Below, in pieces: positions 8,735-21,386 of a stretch of DNA of 64,000 nucleotides. The stretch comes from Candidatus Mycalebacterium zealandia (lineage in GTDB: Bacteria > Desulfobacterota_D > UBA1144 > Nemesobacterales > Mycalebacteriaceae). Every line of letters starts with the position of its first letter. Positions within the stretch are counted from its first letter, which is position 1. Under the pieces are notes generated by a model. The model made no database searches, was not told the origin of the DNA, and saw only the letters and a list, made by a program, of their open reading frames with translations. The position numbers and the translations under genes are program-made. The stretch spans positions 791,945 through 855,944 of the forward strand of contig CP046180.1 of the NCBI GenBank assembly GCA_014075295.1, read 5' to 3'.

Positions 8735-11506
8735 TCAACCCTGTTTGAGTTCTGATTCAAAAACCTCTTTGAGACGCGAAAATTCTTCAAGTTTTCCTTT
8801 TTCTTTTTGAATAATCTTTTCCGGAGCCTTGTTTGTGAAATCCGGGTCCGCGAGTTTGCGTTCGCATTGACGGATTTTTTCAGAGAGTTCGTCCAATTTT
8901 TTATGCGTGGTTTCAACGTTATGCGGAAATCTCGTTTGCTCTTTACACTCAGGTTCGATTTTCAGACTGATGTTGAACCGCTCGCCGGTTTGAGTTTGCA
9001 AATCGTCCAAAACCGCAAAGGAAACTGAACCCGCGAGTCCGGGCGCGGAAGAAAACTCATCTTTGTTCGCGCAAAAACTGTGAGAGGAAATTCCCGCAAG
9101 TTTGTTTAAAACTCCCGCTTCGGACTCAATTAACCGCTTTACGCATTCTTCATCTTTGCCGGGTTCTGAAAAGAAGACAACATTAATTTTTTCAGACACT
9201 TTAATGCCTCCTTCCCCTCTTTTTGTGCGGATTTCATCAATCAATCCTTCAAACAAAAAACTTATATCGTTGAAATCCGAGTTGAACTCTTTTTCAATTT
9301 TTTTGTCATGCGCCGGATAGTCCAAATCAAGCAAACCTAAAGTTTGAACTCCAAGCAACGCCTCAACCCTGTTGTTGATCTCTTCGGTAAGGTGGGGACA
9401 GAAAGGGTGCAGTGCGCGCATTGAGGCGGAGAGAATATACAAAAGAACGGCCGTTGTTCTGAGTACGGTTTGCTCATCGGAACTGCGCATTGAAATTTTC
9501 GCGGCTTCAATGTAGCGGTCGCAGAAATTTCTCCAGAAAAAGCGGTAAATCTCCTGGGCGGCTTTTCCGAACTCGTATTCATCCATAAAACCGTCAATTT
9601 TTTTCAAACAACCGTGCAAACTTGCGATTATCCATTTGTCGGTTTTACTCAAACGCGCCTTCCCTTTGGAAGTTTCAATCCGCTTCAAAGCGTCGGGAAT
9701 TTCAGCGTGCCACCGGACAGTTGATTCATCTTCAAGAACAAATCGGGACGCGTTCCATATCTTGTTCATAAAGTTTCTGTAGCCCCGTATGCTTGAAATG
9801 GAAAGGTCTATATCTTTTCCGCCCGAAGAAAGCGCGCAGAGGCAGAAGCGCAGAGTGTCGGCTCCAAACTCATCGGCAACTTCAAGCGGATCAATCACGT
9901 TCCCCTTGGTTTTACTCATCTTTTCACCATTCTCGTCCCTTATCAAGCCGTGAATGCAGATGTCCGCAAAAGGTGGTTTGCCGGTAAATTGAAGCCCCAT
10001 CATCGCCATACGAGCCACCCAGAAAAATATGATGTCAAAACCCGTTATAAGAACCGCTGTGGGATAGTATTTTCGGAAGAGAGAATCATCTTTTGTGCCC
10101 CAGTTCATCGTAACAAACGGCCATAAAGCCGAGGAAAACCAAGTGTCCAGAACATTCGGGTCTCTTTCGAGGAGAACATCTTTCCCGTAATGTCCGCTTG
10201 CGCTTTTGAGGGCTGTTTTTTCATCTTCTTCAACAAACACTTTGCCGTCGGGGCCGTACCAGACGGGTATTTGATGTCCCCACCACAACTGCCTTGATAT
10301 ACACCATGGTTCTACATTGTTCATCCATTGAAAATATGTGCGTTCCCAGAACTTTGGATAGAAAACCATGTCGTCCTTTTCAACCGATTCGACAGCTTTG
10401 ACCGCAAGTTGTTTTACATCCATATACCACTGTTCCATAATACGCGGCTCAACAACTGCGCCGGATCTGTCGCCATAGGGAACCGTATGGGAAACGGATT
10501 CGATTTTTTCAAGGAAACCATCCGCTTCAAGATCAGCAATGAGTTTTTTACGTGCCTCAAATCTTTCGAGCCCCTGATATTTTTTGGGTGCGTTTTCATT
10601 TAGGCACATATCTTCGTCAAGAATATTTACAAGTGGCAAATCGTGCCGCTTGCTGACTTCAAAGTCGTTAAAATCATGAGCGGGAGTTATCTTGACCGCG
10701 CCGCTTCCTTTTTCCGGATCTGAATACTCATCGGCAATTACGGGAATAGACTTCCCCGTGAGAGGCAACCCCACTTCCGAGCCGATGAGGGTTTTATACC
10801 TTTCATCTTCCGGATGGACCGCCACTGCGGTGTCTCCAAACATAGTTTCGGGTCTCGTGGTCGCGACAACTATGTGCCCGTTGCCGTTTTTAAGAGGGTA
10901 TTTGATGTGCCAATAGTTGCCGGGAACCTCTTTCTGCTCCACTTCCAAATCGGAAATAGCGGTTTTCAATCCGGGATCGTAATTGACCAGACGGTTATCG
11001 CGCCGGATCAGGCCTTTTTTGTAAAGCTCAACAAACACGTGTTTAACGGCGTCTGAAAATCCGTCATCCATCGTAAAACGTTGCGCGCTCCAATCGGGAA
11101 TAAATCCCAGTCTGCCTATTTGTTCAGCAATTCTGTCGCCGGATTTTTCCTTAAATTCCCAAATCTTTTCAACAAAACGCTCTTTGCCCAGTTTTTCTTT
11201 TGTAAGCCCCTCTTTTGCAAGTTCGCGCTCAACAATCATTTGGGTCGCGATTCCGGCATGATCCGTTCCCGGAACCCAGAGCACGTCAAACCCCTTCATT
11301 TTTTTATATCGGACAAGAACGTCCTGAAAAGTGTTGTTTAGAGCGTGCCCGATGTGCAGGGAGCCCGTAACATTTGGAGGCGGCATTACTATGGAAAAAC
11401 TTTTCTTCCCCCCTTTTTTCCTGCGTTCCGCCTTGAATTTTTCGTTTTTAAGCCAGAATGCCCGCCATTTTTTTTCAAGGGGAACCGGAGTATAAGTTTT
11501 TTCCAT
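8735..11506 (-). CDS. valS: Valine--tRNA ligase
   Basis: PPPNVTGSLHIGH, WCISRQLWWGH, KMSKTKGN; start taken at ATG 11506. Confidence 0.98.
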   Translation of the reverse strand: MEKTYTPVPLEKKWRAFWLKNEKFKAERRKKGGKKSFSIVMPPPNVTGSLHIGHALNNTFQDVLVRYKKMKGFDVLWVPGTDHAGIATQMIVERELAKEGLTKEKLGKERFVEKIWEFKEKSGDRIAEQIGRLGFIPDWSAQRFTMDDGFSDAVKHVFVELYKKGLIRRDNRLVNYDPGLKTAISDLEVEQKEVPGNYWHIKYPLKNGNGHIVVATTRPETMFGDTAVAVHPEDERYKTLIGSEVGLPLTGKSIPVIADEYSDPEKGSGAVKITPAHDFNDFEVSKRHDLPLVNILDEDMCLNENAPKKYQGLERFEARKKLIADLEADGFLEKIESVSHTVPYGDRSGAVVEPRIMEQWYMDVKQLAVKAVESVEKDDMVFYPKFWERTYFQWMNNVEPWCISRQLWWGHQIPVWYGPDGKVFVEEDEKTALKSASGHYGKDVLLERDPNVLDTWFSSALWPFVTMNWGTKDDSLFRKYYPTAVLITGFDIIFFWVARMAMMGLQFTGKPPFADICIHGLIRDENGEKMSKTKGNVIDPLEVADEFGADTLRFCLCALSSGGKDIDLSISSIRGYRNFMNKIWNASRFVLEDESTVRWHAEIPDALKRIETSKGKARLSKTDKWIIASLHGCLKKIDGFMDEYEFGKAAQEIYRFFWRNFCDRYIEAAKISMRSSDEQTVLRTTAVLLYILSASMRALHPFCPHLTEEINNRVEALLGVQTLGLLDLDYPAHDKKIEKEFNSDFNDISFLFEGLIDEIRTKRGEGGIKVSEKINVVFFSEPGKDEECVKRLIESEAGVLNKLAGISSHSFCANKDEFSSAPGLAGSVSFAVLDDLQTQTGERFNISLKIEPECKEQTRFPHNVETTHKKLDELSEKIRQCERKLADPDFTNKAPEKIIQKEKGKLEEFSRLKEVFESELKQG

Positions 11507-11529
11507 GCCGTCCAAAGCGGGAGGCAAAT

Positions 11530-14500
11530 CTATACTCCCGATTTTTCTTCAAGTTTTTCAGATTTGGCTTCTTCCACAAGAGGCATAGGAACGGTTTGGT
11601 TTTCAGTCTGAATTTTGATGTTTTTATACACATCAAGACCCGTGCCGGCAGGAATGATTTTTCCGATAATAACATTCTCTTTCAGCCCTTTGAGTTTGTC
11701 CTCTTTGCTCTCGCAGGCGGCTTCGGTGAGAATTTTTGTCGTTTCCTGGAAAGACGCCGCAGACAGCCAACTTTCAGTGATGAGAGAAGAGCGCGTTATT
11801 CCGAGCAACAAAGGTTCGGCGGCGGCGGATTTGCCTTCCTGTTGTTCCACTTCAGAGTTCTCTCTATGGAACATGGCTTTCGTTACGGACTCGCCTGGAA
11901 TCATTGTTGTATCTCCGGGGTCTTTAATCTTCACTCTTTTGAGCATTTGTCTGACAATCACCTCAATGTGCTTGTCATTGACCCTGACTCCCTGTAACTC
12001 GTAAACATCCTGAATCTCCTTAACAAGGAATTCGCTGAGCGTCTTTTCCCCTTTAATTTTCAGAATGTCATGCGGGTTCTCGTCTCCGTCCACGATTTTG
12101 TCGCCCGCGACTACAAAATCGCCTTCACTGACAATGATGTGTTTTCCTTTCGGAACAATATATTCCTTCTCCTCTCCGATTTGCGGATTAACCAGAATGC
12201 GCCTTTTGCCCTTCACGTCTTCCCCGAAAGATACGGTGCCGTCAATCTCGCTTACTATCGCGAGGTTTTTATCTTTGGGAACGCGCGCTTCAAATAGTTC
12301 GGCAACTCTGGGCAGTCCGCCGGTTATGTCTTTTGTTATCCTCTTTTTCGGGATTTTTGCAACAATGTCTCCGGGCTCTACTTGGTCGCCACTATTTTTC
12401 TCAATGATCGCGCCCACGGGAAGACCGAATTCCTGTTTGGAATCTTTACCACTCTTGATAATGATAGTCGGGTTCAGCTTCGCAAGTTCCTTGATGCCCG
12501 TCGGAGGAGCGACAACCTCAATTTTGAGAATTCCGGTAATCTCATCCGGTTGCTGGCGGAAGTTTTTGCCCTCTTCCAGATCCTTCCACTGAACTGTTCC
12601 CGTACTCTCGGCGATATACTGGTTTGTATAAGGATCCCACTCTGCAAGGATTTCATTTTCAACCTTTCCATCCTTTTTGTTCTGCTCCCACTTGACCTTC
12701 TGTCCGTCCTTTGCCTTCAGGATGGAGCCCTGCTCAAGTTTGTGTGTTTCCTTCTCGTAGCCCTTTTCATCCACAATGGAAAGACGGCCGTTTCTGTTAA
12801 TAACGCGCCACAGAACACCCTTCTGTAGTTCAACGGTTTCCACATTGGACAGCAACACGGTTCCGGGGTGGTTGTTTTCAAGAGTGGCGACTTCGGCTTT
12901 TGCCTCTCCGCCCACATGAAAAGTTCTCATCGTAAGCTGAGTTCCCGGCTCGCCGATTGACTGAGCCGCCATAATTCCAACCGCCTCGCCTATATCCACG
13001 ATTTTTCCTGTTGAGAGGTTTCTCCCGTAGCAAAGACGGCATATTCCCTCTTCGGTGTCGCAGGTCAGAACCGAGCGGATTTTAACTTCATTGATACTGC
13101 TCAGGTTAATTTTTTCAGCAGCTTCGTTGTCGATTTCATGTCCGTTTTTGACAATGATTTCACCTGTTTCCGGATCCTTCAAGTCGTCCAGAACAACCCT
13201 TCCGAGCACTCTGTCTCCAACCCGTTTTTTAATTTTCCCGCCATCCACTTCATTTGTGTAAACAAGTCCCTCAATGGTTCCGCATTCTTCCTCGCGCACA
13301 ATTATGTCATGCGCAACATCAATGAGCTTTCTCGTGAGATAGCCCGCATTTGCTGTTTTAAGAGCGGTGTCGGCAAGACCTTTACGTGCGCCGTAGGTTG
13401 AAAGAAAGTAGTCCATCACCTTCAACCCTTCACGGAAGTTTGAGGTTATAGGCTTTTCAATAATGGTGTCATCTCCCTTCGCCATCAATCCCCTCATTCC
13501 GGCAAGCTGTCTCATCTGAGACATGCTACCTCGTGCTCCGGAATCAATCATCATGTATATCGGGTTTGAGCTTGTGCTTGTTCTTTCGACGCCTTTGTTG
13601 TCTTTAACGGTCTCAAACTTGATGTTTTCCATAACATTTTCGGCAATTTCATCACTCGCTCTTGTCCAGATGTCCACAACCTTGTTGTAACGCTCTCCGT
13701 CCGTCAGCAACCCTTGAGAATACTGCCCTTGAACTTTGAGTTCCTCTTCGCGCGCCTTTTCAACAATCTTTTCCTTGCTCTCGGGAATTTCCATGTCGTT
13801 AATAGAAATTGAGATGCCGGATTTTGTAGCGTATTTAAATCCAAGAGTCTTTATGCGGTCCGCCATAATAACGGTTTCTTTTCCGCCGTTTTTTCTAAAA
13901 CACATATCCACAAGGTTTTCAACTTCGCCCTTGCTCATAGGTTTGTTGACCAGTTTAAACGGAATGGTTTTCGGAATTGCCTCATCGTATAGAATCGCTC
14001 TGCCAACTGTTGTTTCAACAAGCTCGTCGTTGATTTTGATTTTTATCAGAGTGTGAATCCCGACATGCCCCGAATCGTATGCCATCATGACCTCTTCGGG
14101 CGATGAGAAGTATTTGCCTTCCCCTTTGCTGTAAGCGGAATCCTTGGTCATGTAGTAGATTCCGAGAACAATGTCCTGCGTGGGCAGAATTACGGGCTTG
14201 CCGTGCGCAGGGGAAAGTATGTTGTTTGTGGACATTATAAGCGTGCGGCATTCGGCTTGCGCCTCTATGGACAGAGGCAGGTGGACGGCCATTTGGTCGC
14301 CGTCAAAGTCCGCGTTATAAGCGGGACAGACAAGCGGATGAACCCTGATAGACCTGTCTTCCACAAGCACCGGCTCAAACGCTTGAATACTTAATTTGTG
14401 AAGGGTCGGAGCGCGGTTAAGCATAACCATGTGCTCTTTAATCACGTCATCAAGGGCATCCCATACCACCGGAACACCGGTTTCAACAAATTTCTTTGCT

Positions 14501-16458
14501 ATTTTGATTGTTGGCGCAATGGGGCTGCCGTCTTTGTTTTTGAGTTCCTGCAGTTTCTGATAAATGAACGGCTTGAAAAGCTCAAGCGCCATCTGTTTGG
14601 GAAGTCCGCACTGGTGAAGTTTGAGGTTCGGTCCCACCGTAATAACGGAACGCCCTGAATAATCCACCCTTTTTCCGAGAAGGTTCTGGCGGAATCTGCC
14701 GCTTTTGCCTTTTATGATGTCGGTCAAACTTTTCAACGGACGATGGTTGTGGCCTAGAACAGGTCTTCCCCTTCTGCCGTTTTCAAACAGTGCATCCACC
14801 GCTTCCTGCAACATTCTTTTCTCATTTCTGATGATGATGTCGGGAGCGTCCAGCTCAAGCAACCGTTTCAGGCGGTTATTTCTGTTGATGACCCGTCTGT
14901 AGAGAACATTGAGGTCTGAAGTGGCGAAACGCCCTCCGTGTGGAACAAGCGGACGCAAATCCGGCGGTAGAACGGGAATTGTTTTAAGAACCATCCACTC
15001 AGGGCGGTTTTTTGACTTGCGGAAAGTTTCGCAAATTTTGCGCCTTTTCGCGATCTTTGCCTTTTTGAGCGAAGAACTTGATTCCTGCATCTCCGTTTTC
15101 AACTCCTCGGAAAGTGATTTCAAATCAATGCTTTTGAGCATATCGTAAATGGCTTCGGCGCCCATTCCGTATGTGTAGTCAACCTCAAAACTTTCATCCG
15201 CTTCGGTAAGAGTTTTAATTTCCTTTTCGGTAAAGGTCACTTTTCTTATAATTTTGGCGAAGGCGGTCTGAGATTTTTTCAACCCTTCTCTCGCTTTTAC
15301 GAGTTTTTCATGCGCGTCTTTGAGATGCGGAGGAACTTCCTCTGCATCGGCTTCCACTTTCTTTATGTTTTTCCCGGCTTCCTTATAAAGTTTGCGTAGC
15401 GCGGCGTGCTCTTTTCCGGCATCACCTTTCGTAAGGTTGTCGCAGGAAGCGCCGAGGGCTTCTTTGTCCGCTTTTCCGGTTTCAGAAAGCTGTTTGAAAG
15501 CGTCCCGAATTTTTTTATCGCTTGAGGGAAGTTCTTCAAGTCCGAGGGTTTGGTAGTGTTTCGCGAACTTTTGCTCAAATTCCTTTTTAATGGACTGAAA
15601 ACTGTCCCGCGCCTCTTTGAGTTTTCCTCCGGACTCAAGTTCGCCCGACTCGGACACTTTTGCGTCATATGCGGACTGCTCTTTCTTAAGATCCTTTTTC
15701 GCGTCCAGAAAAGAGTCTATTAAATGCCGGGCTTCCCGCTCGGAAATGCCTGTTTTTCCCGACATAACACTTTGCAGGGAAAATTTAGTGACCAGTTCCG
15801 CGGGCAGAAGGTGTTTATACCAATAGTCTTTGACCAGAGACATGTCTTCTTCGCTAATCAAAAACGCAACGGCGTGGTTTACGTCCTCTTCGGTTTCAAT
15901 ATTAAGGAAAGTGTCTTCTTCCGGACAATTCCTGAGAGAGGCAATCACATATTCCGCCCGCCGCAGTTGCGACAACTCTTCATTCGTGAGTGTCTGCCCC
16001 ATTTTGAGGGGATGAGCGCCTGGATTGATGACCACATGGGATTCATAGTAAAGAACCCTGTCAATGTCCCTGATGCTCATGTCAAGAATCATTCCTATAC
16101 GGCTCGGGGTGCTACGCAAAAACCAGATGTGAACAACGGGCGAGGCAAGGTCTATGTGAGCCATTCTTTCCCGTCTCAATTTTGAGGTCGTAACTTCAAC
16201 GCCGCATTTTTCGCAGACAATCCCTCTGTGTTTTAGCCGTTTGTATTTGCCGCAGGCACATTCGTAATCTTTTACGGGTCCGAAAATTTTGGGGCAGAAC
16301 AAACCGTTCTTTTCCGGTTTGAACGTTCTGTAATTTATGGTTTCGGGCTTCTTAACCTCCCCGTGAGACCATTCCTTGATGGCTTCAGGAGACGCTATTG
16401 ATATTTGAACCCCTGAATAGTTATCCGCTTTGGTCGATACTATGTCTTCAAATTCCAT
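11530..16458 (-). CDS. rpoC: RNA polymerase beta' subunit with large N-terminal-region insertion
   Basis: NADFDGDQM catalytic motif, Zn-finger [25 protein letters not shown]; ATG 16458 preceded by GGAGGT. Confidence 0.99.
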   Translation of the reverse strand: MEFEDIVSTKADNYSGVQISIASPEAIKEWSHGEVKKPETINYRTFKPEKNGLFCPKIFGPVKDYECACGKYKRLKHRGIVCEKCGVEVTTSKLRRERMAHIDLASPVVHIWFLRSTPSRIGMILDMSIRDIDRVLYYESHVVINPGAHPLKMGQTLTNEELSQLRRAEYVIASLRNCPEEDTFLNIETEEDVNHAVAFLISEEDMSLVKDYWYKHLLPAELVTKFSLQSVMSGKTGISEREARHLIDSFLDAKKDLKKEQSAYDAKVSESGELESGGKLKEARDSFQSIKKEFEQKFAKHYQTLGLEELPSSDKKIRDAFKQLSETGKADKEALGASCDNLTKGDAGKEHAALRKLYKEAGKNIKKVEADAEEVPPHLKDAHEKLVKAREGLKKSQTAFAKIIRKVTFTEKEIKTLTEADESFEVDYTYGMGAEAIYDMLKSIDLKSLSEELKTEMQESSSSLKKAKIAKRRKICETFRKSKNRPEWMVLKTIPVLPPDLRPLVPHGGRFATSDLNVLYRRVINRNNRLKRLLELDAPDIIIRNEKRMLQEAVDALFENGRRGRPVLGHNHRPLKSLTDIIKGKSGRFRQNLLGKRVDYSGRSVITVGPNLKLHQCGLPKQMALELFKPFIYQKLQELKNKDGSPIAPTIKIAKKFVETGVPVVWDALDDVIKEHMVMLNRAPTLHKLSIQAFEPVLVEDRSIRVHPLVCPAYNADFDGDQMAVHLPLSIEAQAECRTLIMSTNNILSPAHGKPVILPTQDIVLGIYYMTKDSAYSKGEGKYFSSPEEVMMAYDSGHVGIHTLIKIKINDELVETTVGRAILYDEAIPKTIPFKLVNKPMSKGEVENLVDMCFRKNGGKETVIMADRIKTLGFKYATKSGISISINDMEIPESKEKIVEKAREEELKVQGQYSQGLLTDGERYNKVVDIWTRASDEIAENVMENIKFETVKDNKGVERTSTSSNPIYMMIDSGARGSMSQMRQLAGMRGLMAKGDDTIIEKPITSNFREGLKVMDYFLSTYGARKGLADTALKTANAGYLTRKLIDVAHDIIVREEECGTIEGLVYTNEVDGGKIKKRVGDRVLGRVVLDDLKDPETGEIIVKNGHEIDNEAAEKINLSSINEVKIRSVLTCDTEEGICRLCYGRNLSTGKIVDIGEAVGIMAAQSIGEPGTQLTMRTFHVGGEAKAEVATLENNHPGTVLLSNVETVELQKGVLWRVINRNGRLSIVDEKGYEKETHKLEQGSILKAKDGQKVKWEQNKKDGKVENEILAEWDPYTNQYIAESTGTVQWKDLEEGKNFRQQPDEITGILKIEVVAPPTGIKELAKLNPTIIIKSGKDSKQEFGLPVGAIIEKNSGDQVEPGDIVAKIPKKRITKDITGGLPRVAELFEARVPKDKNLAIVSEIDGTVSFGEDVKGKRRILVNPQIGEEKEYIVPKGKHIIVSEGDFVVAGDKIVDGDENPHDILKIKGEKTLSEFLVKEIQDVYELQGVRVNDKHIEVIVRQMLKRVKIKDPGDTTMIPGESVTKAMFHRENSEVEQQEGKSAAAEPLLLGITRSSLITESWLSAASFQETTKILTEAACESKEDKLKGLKENVIIGKIIPAGTGLDVYKNIKIQTENQTVPMPLVEEAKSEKLEEKSGV

Positions 16459-16471
16459 TTTTACCTCCCGG

Positions 16472-19400
16472 TTACTGTTTTGCCGCTCCAGACTGCAATT
16501 CTGCCATTTCCTCATCGCTCTCGGAAACCAAATCTATTTGAAGTCCGAGCGATTGAAGTTCTTTCCTGAGAACATTGAAAGATTCCGGAATCCCGGGATC
16601 AAGCGCCATTTTGCCTTCAACGATTGACGCGAACATCTTTGTTCTTCCAATCACATCGTCGGACTTGACCGTCAAAAACTCTTGAAGTGTGTGTGCGGCG
16701 CCGTATGCCTCAAGAGCCCAGACCTCCATCTCACCGAGCCGTTGCCCACCGAAATGCGCCTTTCCGCCGAGCGGTTGCTGCGTGACAAGTGAGTAAGGCC
16801 CTATTGAACGCGCATGAATCTTCTCCTCAACAAGGTGGTGAAGTTTGAGCATATACATAATTCCGACTGTTACTTTCTGGTCAAACGGCTCTCCCGTGCG
16901 GCCATCAAACAGGGTTGTTTTTCCATCATCTGAAAGCCCTGCGAGGCTCATAAAACTTTTTATCTCCTCTTCGGTCGCTCCGTCAAAAACCGGAGATGCG
17001 ACGGGAATACCGTCTTTGATGGCTTTGACAAAATTGTGCGTTTCGTCTTCGTTCATTTTGTCTATAAAAGAAGTGTCCTCGCCCCGGTTTCCATAAGATT
17101 CCTTGAGTTTGGCTTTAAGCGCCGCGGCTCCGTAGTGTTGCTCAATATATTCATTGAGCTGCTCTCCGATTTTCCTGCTTGCCCAGCCCAGATGCGTTTC
17201 CAGAACCTGCCCGACATTCATTCGGGACGGAACTCCCAGAGGGTTGAGCACCATATCAACCGGCGTGCCGTCCTCCATATAAGGCATATCTTCTTGAGGA
17301 AGAATCCGTGAAATCACACCCTTGTTGCCATGCCGTCCCGCCATTTTGTCTCCGACCTGAAGATTCATTTTTACAGCAACATAGACCTTGACGGTTTTGA
17401 GAACACCCGGCGCGAGGTCGTCTTTTTGTTCAAGTTTCTTTTTATTATCCTCATACTTCTCTTTGAGGTTGTCTATCTGTCTTAAAACTGCGTCTACCGC
17501 CACCTTGACTTGTTCGGAAAGAGCCTTCGGCTCAACTTTTATTTCCCTGATATCTTCAAGATCAAGAAGCGTGAGGTTGTCAGCGGTAAAAGAGTCTCCC
17601 TTGGAAATCATCTTTTCGCCTTTACTCTTAATGTCTGAAGACGCCTTCTTGCCTTTCAGCAAAGACGCCATGGTTTCAACCGCGCTCTGTTTCAAAATGC
17701 GCGATACGTATTCCATTTCGCCTTTGATTTTCTCAATGTCATCAATTTCAATATTTTTCGCCCTCGGGTCTTTTTCCGAAACCGCGCGCGAAGTCAGCAC
17801 TTTGACATCTATAACTGTGCCGGGAATGGAGGAATGACTTCTAAGGGAGGTGTCTTTGACATCTCTTGCTTTGTCTCCGAAAATGGCGCGAAGAAGTTTT
17901 TCCTCTTGCGACAGACGCATCTCGCCTTTCGGAGAGATTTTGCCCACAAGGATATCTCCCATATTGACAGTTGAGCCAACCCGGACTATGCCGCTTTCAT
18001 CAAGATTTTTGAGTGCGTCCTCTCCAATATTGGGAATGTCTTGGGTGATTTCCTCGCGCCCCAATTTGGTTTCTCTCGCCTGACATTCAAACTTTTCTAT
18101 GTGAACGGAAGTGAAAACGTTGTCTTTTACAATTCTTTCACTAATAAGTATCGCATCTTCAAAATTGTATCCGCCCCATGGCATAAACGACACCATAATG
18201 TTCTGCCCCAGCGCCAGTTCACCATTTTTGGTTGAGGGACCGTCCGCAATAACCTGCCCTTTAACCACTTTCTGACCCTTGAAAACAATAGGAGTCTGGT
18301 TCCAGCAGGTTCCCTGATTGGATTTCCTGAACTTGATCATTTTGTATATTTCCACGCCGGAATCCAAAGAGTCGGCGGATTTTGCCATCTTGCTGTTTTT
18401 CACAACAATAATCTCGGAATCCGCGTGAATAACTTCACCATCCTCTTTTGCAATAACCGCAACTCCGGAGTCTTTTGCAACTGAAGACTCAAGCCCCGTT
18501 CCCACAAGCGGCGCGACCGCCTTAATTAAAGGAGCCGCCTGCCTCTGCATGTTTGAACCCATAAGAGCCCTGTTCGCGTCATCGTGTTCAAGAAACGGTA
18601 TCAAAGAAGCGGAGATTGAGACAAGCTGGGACGGCGAAACGTCCATATGGGTAACCTTGTCTTTTTCTGCCATTTTAATGTCGCCCTCGGAGCGGCAGGA
18701 AACAAAATCTAGAACAAACCTTCCCTTGTTGTCCAGAGGAGCGTTTGCCTGCGCTATGATGATATTTTTCTCCTCTTCCTCAAGAGCGCTCATCTTTACG
18801 ATGTCATCTGTTACTTTCCCATTTTTAACAACGCGGTAGGGAGTGCGAATAAATCCGTAATCGTCAATTTCAGCGTAAGTGCTGATGCTTGATATAAGAC
18901 CGATGTTTGGTCCCTCGGGCGTTTCAACCGGACAAATCCGCCCGTAATGCGATGAGTGAATGTCCCTGACGGCAAATCCCGCTCTTTCGCGCGTAAGCCC
19001 CTTTGGACCCAGCGCACTGAGACGCCTTTTATGAGTGATTTCCGAAAGCGGGTTGGTCTGATCCATAAACTGCGACAATTGACCCGTTTTGAAAAAGTCC
19101 CTGACTATTGTGTCTACAACCTTCGGCACCACTATCTCTCTGGGCATTTTGTTTTCTATGCTCTGGTATCCAATCCTTTCTTTCACGGAGCGCGAGAACT
19201 TTTCAAGCCCGCTGTAGAAAGTGTCTTCTATCAATTCGCCCACGGTTTTAACCCCGCGGTTGCCGAGATGATCTATGTCATCCACCTGCCTGCGACCGCC
19301 TTTGAGTTCCAAAAGATATTGCAGGGTTTGGATGATGTCTTCGCGCGTAAGCCTGAGAATTTCCTCGTCAACGTTGTGTTTGAGTTTGTAGTTCAGTTTT

Positions 19401-20902
19401 TTCCTTCCAACCTGCGAAAGCCGGTATTTGGAGGGGTTGAAAAACATGTCGGAAAAGAAAACTCTTACCGCCTCCGCGCTTGGCGGATTGGTGGGGCGGA
19501 ATTTTTTGTATATCTCAACAATCGCCCCGTCGCAGAAAACCTCAATCTCGGCGCCAATTTTGGTGAACTTGTTCCGAAGCCCTTCGATTTCGTTCATGGG
19601 AAGATTTTCAAAACACACCGTATTTTCATCTTTGGTTTCACCAAGAAAACCGGACAAATTGCCGGTCAGTTTTGAAAACTCTTCCTTTCCGGCTTTGCCC
19701 TGTTTAACTTTAAGGGCAAAAGTGTTATTGATTAAGTCTCCGTAAACCCTTTTTTCTTCAATCAAAGTGTCGGCAACCGAAAAAGGAACGGAAATATCGT
19801 CCATGTAGTAGAGTGAGATTTTTTCAATTGAATTATCTCTGGCGGCTTGCAGAGTTTCTTCGGTGATTTTTTCTCCAAATCTTGCGATGACTTCACCGTC
19901 TTTTGTGAATATGTCTTCGGCGCATATCTTGTCAAACAGTTCCGATTCACTCTCCAGAGAAACGGCGTCTATTTTCAAACTTTTCAATCTTTCAATATTT
20001 CTTTGAGTGAACTTCTTGCCTTTTTTGATAATAACTTCGTCGCCTTTCTTGATGTCCTCGGAACTTTTCTGATAAATGATTGTTTCCGGATTTATTTCTT
20101 TTGAAAGGCCGCCGTCTTTTCCAAACCGGACAGTTTCCATGCCGTAAAAATGGTTAAGAATCTCTTTCTCCGTATATCCCAGTGCTTTAAGAAAAAGCGT
20201 AACAAGAAACCTTTTTCTGCGGTCAATACGGACGTTAAGAAAGTTTTTTGAGTCAAAATCAAAATCAAGCCATCTGCCGTCCTGAGGAATGATTTTCGCG
20301 ACAAATGACTCAGCTGAAAGCTGGTGCTGATCTCCGAGTTTCGGACCGTCAAAAAGCACGCCGGGGGAACGGTGTATCTGATTAACAATCACCCTTTCCG
20401 CGCCGCCTATAATGAAAGAGCCGCTCTCGGTCATTTTGGGGATTTCGCCCAGATAGACATCCTGTTCGGCAACATCCCGGATTTCGTTTCCGTCTTCCTC
20501 CCACACTATTAAGCGCAGAGTTACATAAAGCGACACCGTGTAGTCATAGTTCTTTAGCCGGCACTCCATCTCGTCAAATTTCGGCTGCCCATCATAAATC
20601 TCATGACCGTTTTTATCTTTGATGGGGTTTCCGTCTTCATCATCAACCCTTTGCCCGAGGCTGTAGTGCACAAAATCAAGAGAAGTTCTCTCCGAGTAGT
20701 TTTCTATCGGAAAAATGGCTTTAAAAACAGCATGGAGACCGTGGTCTTTTCTTTCCACCCGGTTTTCCAGATTTATATCTTCCTGTAAAAACCGCTTGTA
20801 TGACTCGGTCTGAACATTCAAAAGATTAGGAATGTCCTGAATAGGGGGTATTTTAGAAAATGTCTTTCTCAGTTTTGTTTTATCAACCGATTGTGAATTC
20901 AA
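16472..20902 (-). CDS. rpoB: RNA polymerase beta subunit
   Basis: [47 protein letters not shown]; start estimated at TTG 20902 downstream of GGAGG. Confidence 0.99.
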   Translation of the reverse strand: MNSQSVDKTKLRKTFSKIPPIQDIPNLLNVQTESYKRFLQEDINLENRVERKDHGLHAVFKAIFPIENYSERTSLDFVHYSLGQRVDDEDGNPIKDKNGHEIYDGQPKFDEMECRLKNYDYTVSLYVTLRLIVWEEDGNEIRDVAEQDVYLGEIPKMTESGSFIIGGAERVIVNQIHRSPGVLFDGPKLGDQHQLSAESFVAKIIPQDGRWLDFDFDSKNFLNVRIDRRKRFLVTLFLKALGYTEKEILNHFYGMETVRFGKDGGLSKEINPETIIYQKSSEDIKKGDEVIIKKGKKFTQRNIERLKSLKIDAVSLESESELFDKICAEDIFTKDGEVIARFGEKITEETLQAARDNSIEKISLYYMDDISVPFSVADTLIEEKRVYGDLINNTFALKVKQGKAGKEEFSKLTGNLSGFLGETKDENTVCFENLPMNEIEGLRNKFTKIGAEIEVFCDGAIVEIYKKFRPTNPPSAEAVRVFFSDMFFNPSKYRLSQVGRKKLNYKLKHNVDEEILRLTREDIIQTLQYLLELKGGRRQVDDIDHLGNRGVKTVGELIEDTFYSGLEKFSRSVKERIGYQSIENKMPREIVVPKVVDTIVRDFFKTGQLSQFMDQTNPLSEITHKRRLSALGPKGLTRERAGFAVRDIHSSHYGRICPVETPEGPNIGLISSISTYAEIDDYGFIRTPYRVVKNGKVTDDIVKMSALEEEEKNIIIAQANAPLDNKGRFVLDFVSCRSEGDIKMAEKDKVTHMDVSPSQLVSISASLIPFLEHDDANRALMGSNMQRQAAPLIKAVAPLVGTGLESSVAKDSGVAVIAKEDGEVIHADSEIIVVKNSKMAKSADSLDSGVEIYKMIKFRKSNQGTCWNQTPIVFKGQKVVKGQVIADGPSTKNGELALGQNIMVSFMPWGGYNFEDAILISERIVKDNVFTSVHIEKFECQARETKLGREEITQDIPNIGEDALKNLDESGIVRVGSTVNMGDILVGKISPKGEMRLSQEEKLLRAIFGDKARDVKDTSLRSHSSIPGTVIDVKVLTSRAVSEKDPRAKNIEIDDIEKIKGEMEYVSRILKQSAVETMASLLKGKKASSDIKSKGEKMISKGDSFTADNLTLLDLEDIREIKVEPKALSEQVKVAVDAVLRQIDNLKEKYEDNKKKLEQKDDLAPGVLKTVKVYVAVKMNLQVGDKMAGRHGNKGVISRILPQEDMPYMEDGTPVDMVLNPLGVPSRMNVGQVLETHLGWASRKIGEQLNEYIEQHYGAAALKAKLKESYGNRGEDTSFIDKMNEDETHNFVKAIKDGIPVASPVFDGATEEEIKSFMSLAGLSDDGKTTLFDGRTGEPFDQKVTVGIMYMLKLHHLVEEKIHARSIGPYSLVTQQPLGGKAHFGGQRLGEMEVWALEAYGAAHTLQEFLTVKSDDVIGRTKMFASIVEGKMALDPGIPESFNVLRKELQSLGLQIDLVSESDEEMAELQSGAAKQ

Positions 20903-20996
20903 TATATCAAAGCCCTCCAAAATCCACACCCGCCCATGGCGTCGTGCGTGCACAAATTAACTAGACTCTCAGTCAAAAAGACTTTCAAGGTAACCG

Positions 20997-21386
20997 TTAG
21001 GCGAGTTCCGCAGTCGCGCCAGATTCCTCAAACTTCTTCTTAAACTCTTCAGCTTCTTCTTTCTTCAGCCCCTCTTTGATAAGTTTGGGAGCACTTTCAA
21101 CAAGATCTTTGGACTCTTTAAGTCCCAAGCCGGCAATTTCTCTGACGACTTTAATGACCTGAATCTTGTTGGATCCCACATCTTTAAGAGTGATACTGAA
21201 TTCCGTTTTCTCAGCGGCTCCGGCGTCTTCCGCCGCCGCGTCCGCCGCAGGAGCCGCAGCCACTGCAACCTGAGGAGCCGCTTTAATGTCAAACTTCTCC
21301 TCAATCTCCTTGATAAGCTCAGAAATCTCCATCATGCTGGCTTTCTCAAGGTAGGTAAGCACCTCTGCTTTTGTTAAATCAGCCAT
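20997..21386 (-). CDS. rplL: 50S ribosomal protein L7/L12
   Basis: Ala-rich hinge, [24 protein letters not shown]. Confidence 0.99.
   Translation of the reverse strand: MADLTKAEVLTYLEKASMMEISELIKEIEEKFDIKAAPQVAVAAAPAADAAAEDAGAAEKTEFSITLKDVGSNKIQVIKVVREIAGLGLKESKDLVESAPKLIKEGLKKEEAEEFKKKFEESGATAELA

Noticed and set aside
16458-16515. Overlap of rpoB and rpoC ORFs suggesting a beta-beta' fusion or frameshift
   Set aside because: rpoB has its own stop at 16472, and rpoC has GGAGGT plus ATG at 16458. The overlap is an ORF-caller extension.
18990-19100. Rifampicin-resistance region of rpoB
   Set aside because: Key residues (Q513, D516, H526, S531, L533 equivalents) are wild type. GPKG and FKTG differences are not established resistance alleles.
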